Assembly (NCBI GenBank): GCA_041664225.1
Contig: JBAYLE010000001.1
Coordinates: 132,939-196,938, forward strand
From: Parcubacteria group bacterium
Lineage (GTDB): Bacteria > Patescibacteriota > Minisyncoccia > Moranbacterales > UBA2206
DNA: 64,000 nt
Reading direction: 5' to 3'
Below, one piece after another: positions 1 to 8,798 of the stretch. The position numbers and the translations under genes are program-made. How positions within the stretch are numbered: position 1 is the first letter of the stretch; each line of letters begins with the position of its first letter. Under the pieces are notes generated by a model. It worked only from the letters and a program-made list of their open reading frames with translations, was not told the DNA's origin and ran no database searches.

Positions 1-176
1 TGAAGGAATTGTCTGCGGAAGAAGTAAATGTGTTAGCCAAACTTCCTTCGAAAGAGGAATTGCTGGCAAAATTGGTAGGAACATTGAATGCGCCAGTTTC
101 CGGATTCGTCAATGTTATGGCTGGAAATTTGAGAGGATTGGTCAATGTTCTCAAGGCAGTTGTGGATGCTAAATAA
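1..176 (+). CDS. rplJ: 50S ribosomal protein L10, C-terminal part (truncated by window edge)
   Basis: Frame from nt 3 reads [38 protein letters not shown]...DAK*, the typical L10 C-terminus, directly upstream of rplL. Confidence 0.93.
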   Translation, partial: KELSAEEVNVLAKLPSKEELLAKLVGTLNAPVSGFVNVMAGNLRGLVNVLKAVVDAK

Positions 177-214
177 GCTTAATTAGTAATTTTTTAATAA
201 ATTAATCAAAAAAT

Positions 215-622
215 ATGACAGAAGAAAAAAAGGAAGTTGTAGTTCCGGAAAAATTCCAGAAGCTTGTTTCTGAAATTGAGAAAATGAGCGTTTTGGAACT
301 TTCTGAGCTAGTGAAAGTTCTGGAAGAAAAATTCGGCGTAAGCGCGGCCGCTCCGATGATGATGGGAGCAATGCCAGCTGCTGCCGGCGAAGCTGCTGCT
401 GTTGAGGAAAAGAGCGAGTTTGATGTTGAAGTTGTCAATTGTGGCGCTTCTAAGATCAATGTTATCAAGGTGGTGCGTGAAGTGACCGGACTGGGACTCA
501 AAGATGCCAAAGATTTGGTTGATGCCGCTCCAAAGGTAATCAAGGAAAAAGTTTCCAAGGCTGACGCTGAAGCGATGAAAAAGAAATTGGAAGAAGCTGG
601 CGCAACTGTGACTTTGAAATAA
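215..622 (+). CDS. rplL: 50S ribosomal protein L7/L12
   Basis: [43 protein letters not shown] motifs. Confidence 0.98.
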   Translation: MTEEKKEVVVPEKFQKLVSEIEKMSVLELSELVKVLEEKFGVSAAAPMMMGAMPAAAGEAAAVEEKSEFDVEVVNCGASKINVIKVVREVTGLGLKDAKDLVDAAPKVIKEKVSKADAEAMKKKLEEAGATVTLK

Positions 623-636
623 TATTCCAGATACTT

Positions 637-669
637 AGAAAACTCTGCTCAAAGCAGAGTTTTCTTTTT
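637..669 (+). terminator. Intrinsic terminator after rplL
   Basis: agaaaactctgct-caa-agcagagttttct followed by a T-run. Confidence 0.85.
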
Positions 670-678
670 ATTTCTCTC

Positions 679-852
679 TTACTTTTTCTTTCCGCAAGAA
701 AAAGTAACAAAAAGAACTCTCAGCCGGACAAAATTTCCAAACAAATTCTGCGCTCGCAAGCTAAAAGTTCACGGCTGCTTCCGCCAGGGACGGAATCAAG
801 GAACTTTTCAAACGCTCGCTCTCTTGAATTTTGGAGAAATTTTGTAGGCTGA
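679..852. repeat. Structured intergenic element (terminal hairpin plus long rod), relative of the 19729/52301 element
   Basis: ttactttttctt-tccgc-aagaaaaagtaa hairpin, A-rich linker, then nested arms tcagcc/ggctga, acaaaatttc/gaaattttgt, aaaagttc/gaactttt with cgctcgc motifs. Confidence 0.65.
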
Positions 853-879
853 ATAATTTTTTTATTGGCAATAATAATA

Positions 880-1458
880 TCAACTATCCTTTCTTCTTAA
901 AATTACAGCTATTATGAATAGACCGCTTATCAAAATGGGAAACCAGATTTGGGCCAGCCAGGGCGAAGGAATGAGAAAAAGGATATCTTGATCGGCGAGA
1001 GATGATGGCCAGCGGATAGTCAGCCAGAGAAAGACATAGTAGAAAATATCCCAAAAAGCAAAAACCCACAGAAAAATCGCAATACGTTCACGTAAAGCAG
1101 ACGCTACAATGATGGCAATGGCTACCAGCATGACCACTGTGGCTGCTTCTCGGTAAAGTTCAATGGAAAAAAGGAGGGCTGGGATCCGGTCTATAAGTTC
1201 GGGTTTTTGGTAAAAACTCTGAAAATTTACTGAGTCGAGAAGCATTCCATTTTTGAGAGTTAAAAAACCGGTAGCACTGCGCAAATAAACAACCACGGCT
1301 GCTTCCACGAAACCAAAAGCAATCCCAAAAACGCCTGTGACAAAAAGCATCTTCCAGGAGATGCTCAATCCATTTTTCCACGTAAAATAAGCAATAAAAG
1401 GGGATAGTATAAATAAATTTACCCACCAAGGGCTGGCCAAAAGAGAGAAGTTTTCCAT
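880..1458 (-). CDS. Hypothetical integral membrane protein
   Basis: 192-aa ORF with several hydrophobic helices (EAAVVVYLR, REAATVVML, WDIFYY segments). Confidence 0.8.
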   Translation of the reverse strand: MENFSLLASPWWVNLFILSPFIAYFTWKNGLSISWKMLFVTGVFGIAFGFVEAAVVVYLRSATGFLTLKNGMLLDSVNFQSFYQKPELIDRIPALLFSIELYREAATVVMLVAIAIIVASALRERIAIFLWVFAFWDIFYYVFLWLTIRWPSSLADQDILFLIPSPWLAQIWFPILISGLFIIAVILRRKDS

Positions 1459-1518
1459 ATTTTTATTACAAGCCGTAAAGACTTTTCTTTTTCATGAAAA
1501 TCTATTGTTAACGGATAC

Positions 1519-2553
1519 TTATAAAATTGGACGGAACAGTTTTATCACAGCCAATATCAGATAATCGATAGCTTTCATTTTATATTTTTGCGGGCGAAAC
1601 AGCTCTGCTTCGCTTTTCCACTCGTCAACCGTTTTTCGCAGTTCTGTGATAAGGTCATTTTCTTCAAAAAATATGCCAGCCTCGGCATTTAAGTTGAAAG
1701 ACAGGTAGTCGATATTCTGAGAACCGACCAGGCCGATTTCTTCATCAATGAGCATGATTTTGGCGTGGTTCATAACGGGCGTCAGGAAAAAATTGATGCC
1801 GGTGGGTGAAAGGTTGTACATATAGCGATGGTTGATTCTGTCCACGAAAGGCAAGTCGGTTTTTTTGGGAATAATAATTTCCACTTTGATATTTTTTTTC
1901 ACTGCATTATCCAGTAGGGCAATCAGCCAGCGCGGGGGAGCGAAGTAGGGAGTGACGATACAAATGCTTTTTTTGGCTTGATAAATTTTTTGGCGGTATT
2001 GGTCTTTGAGGGAGTGGATATTTCGAAAGGGCGAGTATTCAACAAGCCAAAAGCGGAATTTAGCGGAAAATAATTTTTCTCGGTATTTTAATATTCTCTT
2101 ATCTTTTCCGCCAGCCATGGCATAGGTGTAGGCGAAAGATTTGATAATTCTTTTGACAACTCGCCCATGAAGGCGCAGCTGCAAATCTTTCCATTGGGAA
2201 AAACTTTTACCGATATTTACCCCTCCTAAAAAGGCCAGCCTCTCATCAACAATCAAAATCTTACGATGGATATGGCGCAACCAATGGCTAAAAAAAATGA
2301 ATTCCACCCCCGCTTCGTGCAGGGCTTTGACGGATTCTTTTTTAAGATCGGAACTGCCAAAAGCGTCGGCGACAATGATAATCTGAACGCCTTCTCGAGC
2401 TTTTTGTTTAAGCTTGCCGATAAAATCATGGCTTCCAGACGTGTCATCCAGAAAAATATACATCTCGATGTAGATGGATTTTTTAGCCTGGTCAATGGCC
2501 TCCAACATCGCGTCCCAGGCCTTCCAAGAAGTTTTATAAAGTCTATATTTCAT
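1519..2553 (-). CDS. Phospholipase D family / cardiolipin synthase-like protein
   Basis: Two HxK(x4)D motifs (HRKILIVD, HAKIMLID), GGVNIG and TPYF; start placed at MKYRLY (2553). Confidence 0.9.
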   Translation of the reverse strand: MKYRLYKTSWKAWDAMLEAIDQAKKSIYIEMYIFLDDTSGSHDFIGKLKQKAREGVQIIIVADAFGSSDLKKESVKALHEAGVEFIFFSHWLRHIHRKILIVDERLAFLGGVNIGKSFSQWKDLQLRLHGRVVKRIIKSFAYTYAMAGGKDKRILKYREKLFSAKFRFWLVEYSPFRNIHSLKDQYRQKIYQAKKSICIVTPYFAPPRWLIALLDNAVKKNIKVEIIIPKKTDLPFVDRINHRYMYNLSPTGINFFLTPVMNHAKIMLIDEEIGLVGSQNIDYLSFNLNAEAGIFFEENDLITELRKTVDEWKSEAELFRPQKYKMKAIDYLILAVIKLFRPIL

Positions 2554-2645
2554 TGTTTCAAGTATACAATACAATTTTTGTTTTAGCATGTTTCTTGAAA
2601 AATACAAAGAGACACCGTGGTGGTGCCTTTAAAATTCTGCACAAA

Positions 2646-2785
2646 GTTGGGGAGGAGGGATTTTCGCCTTGTCCGCCACGGCGGACTCGTTGTCCTGGGC
2701 AGCGCCAAATGCTCGTTCGCGTTTGTCGGCGTTCGACCGCGCCGCGGCGGCTGGTCTCACTGCTGCCCATTCGAATCCCTCTCAT
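2646..2785 (-). repeat. tRNA-linked structured element with a duplicated tRNA 3' end (rtT-like architecture)
   Basis: gttggggaggagggatt at 2646-2662 is identical to 2832-2848; ttcgaatccctc near 2770-2781 is the inverse of the tRNA T-arm; internal tgggcagc/gctgccca stem. Confidence 0.75.
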
Positions 2786-2790
2786 AAGAA

Positions 2791-2828
2791 AAATAAAAAA
2801 GCACTCTTGCGAGCACTTTTTTTATTTT
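2791..2828 (-). terminator. Terminator-like hairpin after tRNA-Gln
   Basis: Minus strand aaaaaagtgctc-gcaa-gagtgctttttt (two G-U pairs). Confidence 0.7.
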
Positions 2829-2832
2829 CCTG

Positions 2833-2904
2833 TTGGGGAGGAGGGATTCGAACCCCCGCATGCTAGGACCAAAACCTAGTGCCTTACCGCTTGGCTACTC
2901 CCCA
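2833..2904 (-). tRNA. tRNA-Gln (TTG)
   Basis: Minus strand tggggagtagccaagcggtaaggca-ctagg-ttTTGgt-cctag-catgcgggggttcgaatccctcctcccca-a; CCA not encoded. Confidence 0.96.
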
Positions 2905-2909
2905 AAGTA

Positions 2910-4598
2910 TTATTCTTTCACGACCTTGCCACCCATAATTTCCATGGCTGAAGCAAGGAGGGAATTTTGTTCTCCTGGTTTTTCTTCCTTTTTCACTTCT
3001 GTTTTGATGCCAGCTTCTTTATTGGTGACAGTTTTGAGTGTTATTTTCGACCCAAGAATTTTACCAAAAACATCTTCAACCGTCAATCGATTAGCTGGGT
3101 CGTTAAGTTTTTGTTTGTAAAAATCATATGGTGTGGCTAGGGTTATGACATTATTTTCAGCGGAAACAACCTGGCAGCCAAAAAGTAGGGCTTGCAAAGA
3201 ATGGTTAAGTGGCTTAACGGCTTCCAAAATTTTATTCCAATTGCTCTGAACATCATAAGTCAAAATTTGCTTATGATTTTTGTCTGTCGTTTTATTTTCT
3301 GGCTGCTCCATTGTTTCTTGTTTGGCCGAGTCTTTTGAATCTTGGTCATTGTTCGCCGCGGCGGATTGAATTTGTTTAGGATTTAGCCCCGAGTACTCGG
3401 GATCGGATTTAGGATTTTGTATGTTGATATCATTATTTGCAACGCTTTTATTGGATTGTTGCATGTTATATGCTTCATGTTTCATGATAGGAAAGGTATG
3501 CGTTGCTTTGATAATGGCAATTTCCAATGGCAGTTGCGGCAGCATAGATGAAGAAATTTTTCTTTGCGCGTCCATAAAAAGATTAATAGCGATGATTATT
3601 TTTTGTAGCTCGGTCTTTTTTGATTGTTCAATCATTTTTTCAATCTGCTCACTGGTAATTTCATACGCGAAAGAAGACCTGAGTTCCGGGCTGATCTTGA
3701 GGAGCATCAGTTGGCGCAGATAATTGACGAGGGATTTATTGAACACCTCCAGATCATAGCCATCATTCAAAAGATTATTTATTTTTTGAATAGCACCGGT
3801 CGAATCTTGATTGACAATCATCTCAGCAATTTCAAAGGCTTGTGTGCGGTCGGTGGTGCCCAAAATTTCCTCAACTTCTTTGATGGTGATGTTTTTATCT
3901 TCCAGGGCAATAACTTGTCCGAGCAAGGACTCCGCGTCGCGCATTCCGCCTTCGGCACTGAGCGCAATCATTTCCAATGAAGCCACATCAATTTTAATTT
4001 TTTCGTTTTTAGTGATGAGGATCAGTTTTTCGATAATATTTTGTATAGGCAGGCGTGCGAAATCAAAGCGCTGGCAGCGACTCAGGATGGTTTCCGGAAC
4101 TTTGTGGATTTCAGTGGTGGCTAGGATAAAAATAACGTGAGAAGGCGGTTCTTCCAAGGTTTTTAGAAGTGCGTTAAAGGCTCCGGCCGAAAGCATATGT
4201 ACTTCATCGATGATATAGACTTTGTATTTCAACGATGTCGGCGGCATGGCGATTGTCTCGCGCAATTCGCGTATATTGTCCACGCCAGTGTTGGAAGCGG
4301 CGTCGATCTCGATTATGTCTAAGGACCTGCCATCATTTATCATTTTGCAGACTGGGCAAGTTTCACAAGTGATTGCGTCTTTGGTATGCTCGCAGTTTAC
4401 GGTTTTGGCAAAAATCCGGGCGATGGAAGTTTTACCGGTTCCGCGCGGTCCTGTGAAAAGATAGGCTTGACCGACACGATTATTTTTTATGGCATTGGTA
4501 AGTGTTTGAACAATATGGCGCTGTCCAATTATTTCGGAGAAATTTCGGGGGCGATATTTACGGTAAAGGGTTGTTGATTCCATAGTCTTAGATTTCAA
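2910..4598 (-). CDS. dnaX: DNA polymerase III subunit gamma/tau
   Basis: LYRKYRP, GPRGTGKT, Zn cysteines, IDEVHMLS, SRC, GGMRDA. Confidence 0.98.
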   Translation of the reverse strand: MKSKTMESTTLYRKYRPRNFSEIIGQRHIVQTLTNAIKNNRVGQAYLFTGPRGTGKTSIARIFAKTVNCEHTKDAITCETCPVCKMINDGRSLDIIEIDAASNTGVDNIRELRETIAMPPTSLKYKVYIIDEVHMLSAGAFNALLKTLEEPPSHVIFILATTEIHKVPETILSRCQRFDFARLPIQNIIEKLILITKNEKIKIDVASLEMIALSAEGGMRDAESLLGQVIALEDKNITIKEVEEILGTTDRTQAFEIAEMIVNQDSTGAIQKINNLLNDGYDLEVFNKSLVNYLRQLMLLKISPELRSSFAYEITSEQIEKMIEQSKKTELQKIIIAINLFMDAQRKISSSMLPQLPLEIAIIKATHTFPIMKHEAYNMQQSNKSVANNDINIQNPKSDPEYSGLNPKQIQSAAANNDQDSKDSAKQETMEQPENKTTDKNHKQILTYDVQSNWNKILEAVKPLNHSLQALLFGCQVVSAENNVITLATPYDFYKQKLNDPANRLTVEDVFGKILGSKITLKTVTNKEAGIKTEVKKEEKPGEQNSLLASAMEIMGGKVVKE

Positions 4599-4661
4599 AT
4601 AATTAAGAGCACCCTTTGGGTACCCCTAATAAGTTGTATTTCTTCACTCATTGTAGCATAC

Positions 4662-4689
4662 AAAAAACCGCTCGAGAAGAGTGGTTTTT
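4662..4689 (-). terminator. Terminator hairpin between the GtrA gene and dnaX
   Basis: aaaaaaccgctc-gagaa-gagtggttttt with flanking A/T runs. Confidence 0.6.
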
Positions 4690-4705
4690 GCTACGTAAAA
4701 GCTGG

Positions 4706-5359
4706 TTATTTTTTGAAAACTATAAACTTATAGCCCAGGAAATTCCAAGCTAGTCCGATTATGCTGCCGGCCATGGCTCCTATTAGTGCCCATTGGTCTA
4801 TCCCTAATCCTCCGAACGGATGGATTGCACGGAATACATAAGAGGCCACAATAACATTGATAAGGAATCCAATAATACTAACCACGAAAAATTGTAGAAA
4901 CTCGGTGCTGGCTTTTTTTTCTGAATCAGCTGAAAATGTCCAATATTTGTTCCAATAATAACTGTTGACATTGGCAAGTATGAATGAAACGCTTTTATAG
5001 AATGAATAGGCTGTAAGGCCAACGAAGACGACGACAGAAGATTCAATCTGAAAGAGCGCTCTAAAAATAAAGATCAATAAAGCTAGAATTCCCAGATCAA
5101 CCAGCGTATTAAGCACTCCAATGATTGCAAACTTAGCTATTTGCCAGATAACTGCAATTTTTTTAGAGATATAATAAGCAATTACCAGCCCGAAGGGTGT
5201 AGCGATAATAAAAAAAGGCACAGTTATAAGGGCAAAACGATCAAAAAGTTCAGGCTTGGCTGCTTTCAAAACAGGCAGAAACAAGAGTCCGATTAAGAGG
5301 CCGGCGAGCACGCTGAGGGCGTAATCCTTTTTTGTGACTACGGTTGCATTTGCCTCCAT
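4706..5359 (-). CDS. GtrA family membrane protein (putative lipid-linked sugar flippase)
   Basis: KFAIIGVLNTLVD, NSYYWNKYWTF, WNFLGYKFIVF. Confidence 0.88.
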   Translation of the reverse strand: MEANATVVTKKDYALSVLAGLLIGLLFLPVLKAAKPELFDRFALITVPFFIIATPFGLVIAYYISKKIAVIWQIAKFAIIGVLNTLVDLGILALLIFIFRALFQIESSVVVFVGLTAYSFYKSVSFILANVNSYYWNKYWTFSADSEKKASTEFLQFFVVSIIGFLINVIVASYVFRAIHPFGGLGIDQWALIGAMAGSIIGLAWNFLGYKFIVFKK

Positions 5360-5365
5360 ATTTCT

Positions 5366-6067
5366 TTATAGATCAGTTTTATTAAGTTCTTTTTTTAACT
5401 CTTCCAAATCAGGCGCCCATTCGTCAAAAATGGAAGTATCCGGTTTGCTGGTTATGGAGTGGGCGATATTTTCTGTGTCATCGCGCAAACCTTTGTCGTG
5501 GGATAGGTTTTGGCGGAAGGTGTCATTTTCTCTAGCTTTTTGAATGACATTCTCAATAGAACCCCAATCAGAATCAATATCGCGCGGGGTCACTAGCGTT
5601 ACTTCATCTCCTGGCTCTACTTTGAAGTAGGTGATTGATGCCAATAAAACCCGATAGGGCTTGCCATCAGCAATAATAAAATAGTTTCCATCGGTATCCT
5701 GATTAACTATTCCAAGCAGCCTTCTTCTTTCAACCGGTCCGATTTGCTTGTAAATGAAAGAACCTTCTGACGTAATCGTCAGTTTCAACATATCTCCTTC
5801 GATAAGCTTTGATTTAGAAGCGTAATTAGCGGGAACAGGATATTGCTTTCCATCGTTCCCAATCATGATTTGTCCGTCAAAAGTTCCTTCAATGATTTTC
5901 CCATCCTCTCCATCTTCCATCGTTTTTCTTTTCCTTCCGACTTTTTTCTTTCCTTCCAATTGAAGAAGCATGGCTTTCGCGCCTTGGATGGTTTTCTCAG
6001 CGCTTTGGATCATTTCACGCAAAGCCTGAATTTTTTCAGGACTATTTTCGTTTTTTTCTTCGGTCAT
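5366..6067 (-). CDS. Conserved hypothetical protein
   Basis: N-terminal coiled coil, then EGTFDGQIMIGNDGKQYPVPANYASKSKLIEGD, a motif I recall from CPR genomes; start placed at MTEEK. Confidence 0.75.
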   Translation of the reverse strand: MTEEKNENSPEKIQALREMIQSAEKTIQGAKAMLLQLEGKKKVGRKRKTMEDGEDGKIIEGTFDGQIMIGNDGKQYPVPANYASKSKLIEGDMLKLTITSEGSFIYKQIGPVERRRLLGIVNQDTDGNYFIIADGKPYRVLLASITYFKVEPGDEVTLVTPRDIDSDWGSIENVIQKARENDTFRQNLSHDKGLRDDTENIAHSITSKPDTSIFDEWAPDLEELKKELNKTDL

Positions 6068-6152
6068 TTTTGTTTTTTGAATTTGTTTTTGTTTGCTCCC
6101 CATACGGGGAAACTCAACATCTAAATTATACAATAGAAACCAAGAACTTGCA

Positions 6153-6167
6153 AAGCTGTGGATAAGT
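6153..6167. promoter_or_regulatory. DnaA-box consensus (TGTGGATAA)
   Basis: aagctgtggataagt; identical 15-mer at 8879-8893. Confidence 0.5.
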
Positions 6168-6293
6168 CTCTTGGCAAGCTTTAATTTGCAATATCAAAAG
6201 GCATTTTCATCTGGGTTTTCTTGTTTTATTTGTATTATGCTATAAAGTAAAAAGACAGTCTGCTGGTTAAAATATGCAGACTGAAGAAAAAGC

Positions 6294-6818
6294 ATGACAG
6301 AAATATTATTGACCACTTTGATCATCATGGTTGTCCTCGCGATTACAATTCCTACACTGTATGGTTTTATGATTGGAGCGCCGATTCTTTTTTCGCCGAA
6401 AAAAGTTATCAAAGAAGTTTCAAGGGTTGTCGAATTCAGGAGGGGAGAAAATTTTTATGATTTGGGCATGGGCAGCGGCAGGTCTCTGATTGCTGCCGAT
6501 AAATTAAATCTGAATGTTACAGGTTTCGAATTGTCTCCTGTTATATATTGGCTTGCAAAATGCAATTTGTTTTTTAGAGGAGTAAAAAAAGCTAATCTAT
6601 GTCTGCGTAATTTTTACAGTCAGGATTTGTCTCAAGCGGATATAGTTTTTTGTTTTTTGACTCCGAAGGCGATGGAAAGATTAAGACCGAAATTTGAAAA
6701 GGAATTGAAGATCGGAACTCGTGTAATTTCTTATGCTTTCAGAATAAATGGTTGGGAGGAATATCAGATTCTGGATTCCGTTCCCCCTGGCAAAATATAT
6801 ATTTATGTGATGGAATAA
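6294..6818 (+). CDS. Membrane-anchored class I SAM-dependent methyltransferase
   Basis: N-terminal TM helix, YDLGMGSGR motif I, ADIVFCFL, RVISYAF. Confidence 0.85.
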   Translation: MTEILLTTLIIMVVLAITIPTLYGFMIGAPILFSPKKVIKEVSRVVEFRRGENFYDLGMGSGRSLIAADKLNLNVTGFELSPVIYWLAKCNLFFRGVKKANLCLRNFYSQDLSQADIVFCFLTPKAMERLRPKFEKELKIGTRVISYAFRINGWEEYQILDSVPPGKIYIYVME

Positions 6819-6824
6819 TTATAT

Positions 6825-6895
6825 CGGGCTGTAGTATACCGGTAGTACGCGTCCATGGGGTGGATGTAGACCGGGTTCGATTCCCGGCAGCCCGA
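6825..6895 (+). tRNA. tRNA-Pro (GGG)
   Basis: cgggctg/cagcccg acceptor stem; anticodon arm cgtcc-atGGGgt-ggatg; ggttcgattcc. Confidence 0.93.
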
Positions 6896-6908
6896 CAAAG
6901 GTAATTTT

Positions 6909-6981
6909 GCGCTTGTAGCTCAGTGGATAGAGCGTCTGGTTCCGGTCCAGAAGGCCGCAGGTCCGATTCCTGCCAAGCGCA
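6909..6981 (+). tRNA. tRNA-Arg (CCG)
   Basis: gcgcttg/caagcgc stem; tctgg-ttCCGgt-ccaga; T-loop variant ggtccgattcc. Confidence 0.93.
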
Positions 6982-6994
6982 CTAAAAAAAACAA

Positions 6995-7065
6995 GGGCCT
7001 ATAGTATAGTGGTAGAACGGTACATTCGCATTGTACAGGCGGCGGTTCGATTCCGCCTAGGTCCA
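6995..7065 (+). tRNA. tRNA-Ala (CGC)
   Basis: gggccta/taggtcc stem with the G3:U70 alanine identity pair; gtaca-ttCGCat-tgtac. Confidence 0.94.
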
Positions 7066-7090
7066 CAAAATAAATAAAATTTTAAATTTT

Positions 7091-8452
7091 ATGAATAAAA
7101 ATACTACAGAAGCCATTAAAAAAACTTCAAAAATAATTGATGCCTGGCTTCCGCTCAAAATCAAATATGACAACACTCCGGGTTTGTCCGTGGGTATAAC
7201 TTACAAGGGCAAGCTCGTTTATAAGCGAGGTTTCGGCTATGCCGATCAAGAAGCAAAAATTTCTGCAACTTCGAAGACATGTTATCGCATCGCCTCTATT
7301 TCAAAGACATTTACTTCGATTTCCATTTTTCAGCTTGCTGAGAAAAGCAAACTTAGGCTTGACGATAAGGTGGTAAAATACCTTCCATGGTTTAAAGTCG
7401 AGCGTAATAATAAAAATACGGACGGCATAACGATCCGTCAGCTCTTATCCCATACGGCTGGAGTTTTTAGAGACGGCAATTCGCCGCATTGGGAAAATGA
7501 CAAATTCCCAGATCTGGAAAAAATGAAAAAATCAATAGTCGAGGAAATGTTAGTATTTAAAAATCCAGCTAAATTCAAATATTCAAATTTTGGCTTTGCG
7601 ATTTTAGGTAAAGTTATCGAAGCTGCCAGCGGTATGCCGTATGAGCAATATATGCGGGTGAATATATTGGACAAATTAGGAATGAAAAACACAGCTTCTG
7701 ATTTTGATGTAAAATTTGAAAAAAAATTAGCGAAAGGTTATTCCCGTGATGTTCCGGGTGAGAGAAAAAAAATATTTAAAAACACTAGAACCAATGCCTA
7801 TGCTTCTGCCGCGGGTGTTCTTTCCAATGTTGAAGATCTGGCTAAATATATCTCAGCCTGGTCTTCTCATAAAAACGGGTTAGTAAGCGGGAGATCAAAA
7901 AAAGAAATGACGAGAGAATATAGCAGAGCAAGGGGCAAGGACGAATTTTATGGTTTTGGATTTTATGTCAATAGGATAAAGAAAAGAAAAATTGCGGGGC
8001 ATGGCGGGGGATTTCCTGGTTTTGTCACAAAAATAGGACTGGACGTAAAAAATGATATCGGGGTAATTGTTCTTGCAAATACGAATGACAGCGCCGCAGG
8101 TCTCATACATACTGGAATTTTTGAATCTATATATAAATTTCTAGATAGTAAAAATTACTTGACTGGAAGTGAATTGAAAAATGCAAAAAAATATGAAGGT
8201 GTTTATCGTTCGAGGTGGGACGATGCAGTTGTTGTCGGTACGGGTAAAGCCTTAACCGTTTTTGATTCAAAAACTAGTTCTCCTCTTGAAGAAGAAACAT
8301 ATCTTGTTCCAGCTGGTAAAGATAAATTCATCATTAAAACAAAATTTAATTTTGACGCGCCGGGCGAGTTCGCCAGGTTCATGACAAAAAGAGGCGGTAA
8401 AAAAGCCTCGATTTTAGTGTGGGGTTCCACGCCGCATAAAAGGATAAAATAA
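7091..8452 (+). CDS. Serine hydrolase, beta-lactamase/AmpC (class C PBP-like) family
   Basis: SxxK (ASISKTF), LLSHTAG, YSN and HGG motifs. Confidence 0.9.
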   Translation: MNKNTTEAIKKTSKIIDAWLPLKIKYDNTPGLSVGITYKGKLVYKRGFGYADQEAKISATSKTCYRIASISKTFTSISIFQLAEKSKLRLDDKVVKYLPWFKVERNNKNTDGITIRQLLSHTAGVFRDGNSPHWENDKFPDLEKMKKSIVEEMLVFKNPAKFKYSNFGFAILGKVIEAASGMPYEQYMRVNILDKLGMKNTASDFDVKFEKKLAKGYSRDVPGERKKIFKNTRTNAYASAAGVLSNVEDLAKYISAWSSHKNGLVSGRSKKEMTREYSRARGKDEFYGFGFYVNRIKKRKIAGHGGGFPGFVTKIGLDVKNDIGVIVLANTNDSAAGLIHTGIFESIYKFLDSKNYLTGSELKNAKKYEGVYRSRWDDAVVVGTGKALTVFDSKTSSPLEEETYLVPAGKDKFIIKTKFNFDAPGEFARFMTKRGGKKASILVWGSTPHKRIK

Positions 8453-8552
8453 AATTTGACTAATGGTCTAAATCTGCTAAATTACATTCCAGTCAGCATG
8501 CAATGCCATGTAAACAAAAAATAAAACTTGTTCTTGAGGAGGTGAAGAAAAG

Positions 8553-8798
8553 GTGGTTGAAACGATTGAAGAGAAGGTGAAAGAAATCATCGCAAAACAA
8601 CTCGGCGTTAATGCGTCCGATGTTGTGCCTGAAGCATCATTCGTTGAAGCTCTTGGCGCTGATTCACTGGACACAGTGGAACTCGTCATGGCGTTTGAAG
8701 AAGAATTCGGGATTGAGATTCCGGATGAAGACGCAGAGAAAATAGTTACAGTGGGGGGTGCTATCGCGTATATAGCCGATAAAAAGAAACAACAATAA
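8553..8798 (+). CDS. acpP: Acyl carrier protein
   Basis: [31 protein letters not shown]; GTG start after GAGGAGGTG. Confidence 0.95.
   Translation: MVETIEEKVKEIIAKQLGVNASDVVPEASFVEALGADSLDTVELVMAFEEEFGIEIPDEDAEKIVTVGGAIAYIADKKKQQ

Noticed and set aside
2646-2662. attR of a prophage or genomic island at tRNA-Gln
   Set aside because: Only about 170 bp separate the repeats and no integrase is present; kept as a mini-element instead.
2553-2879. Overlapping short ORFs over the tRNA-linked element
   Set aside because: Shadow ORFs caused by GC-rich structured sequence and the tRNA gene.
3615-3621. A AAA AAG slippery heptamer in dnaX
   Set aside because: It lies near codon 328, inside domain III and well before the E. 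coli-type site; I see no clear stimulator, and A-runs are common here.
3944-3958. SAEGG-encoding GC-rich stretch in dnaX as another palindrome insertion
   Set aside because: It is the native conserved (A)EGGMRDA clamp-loader motif.
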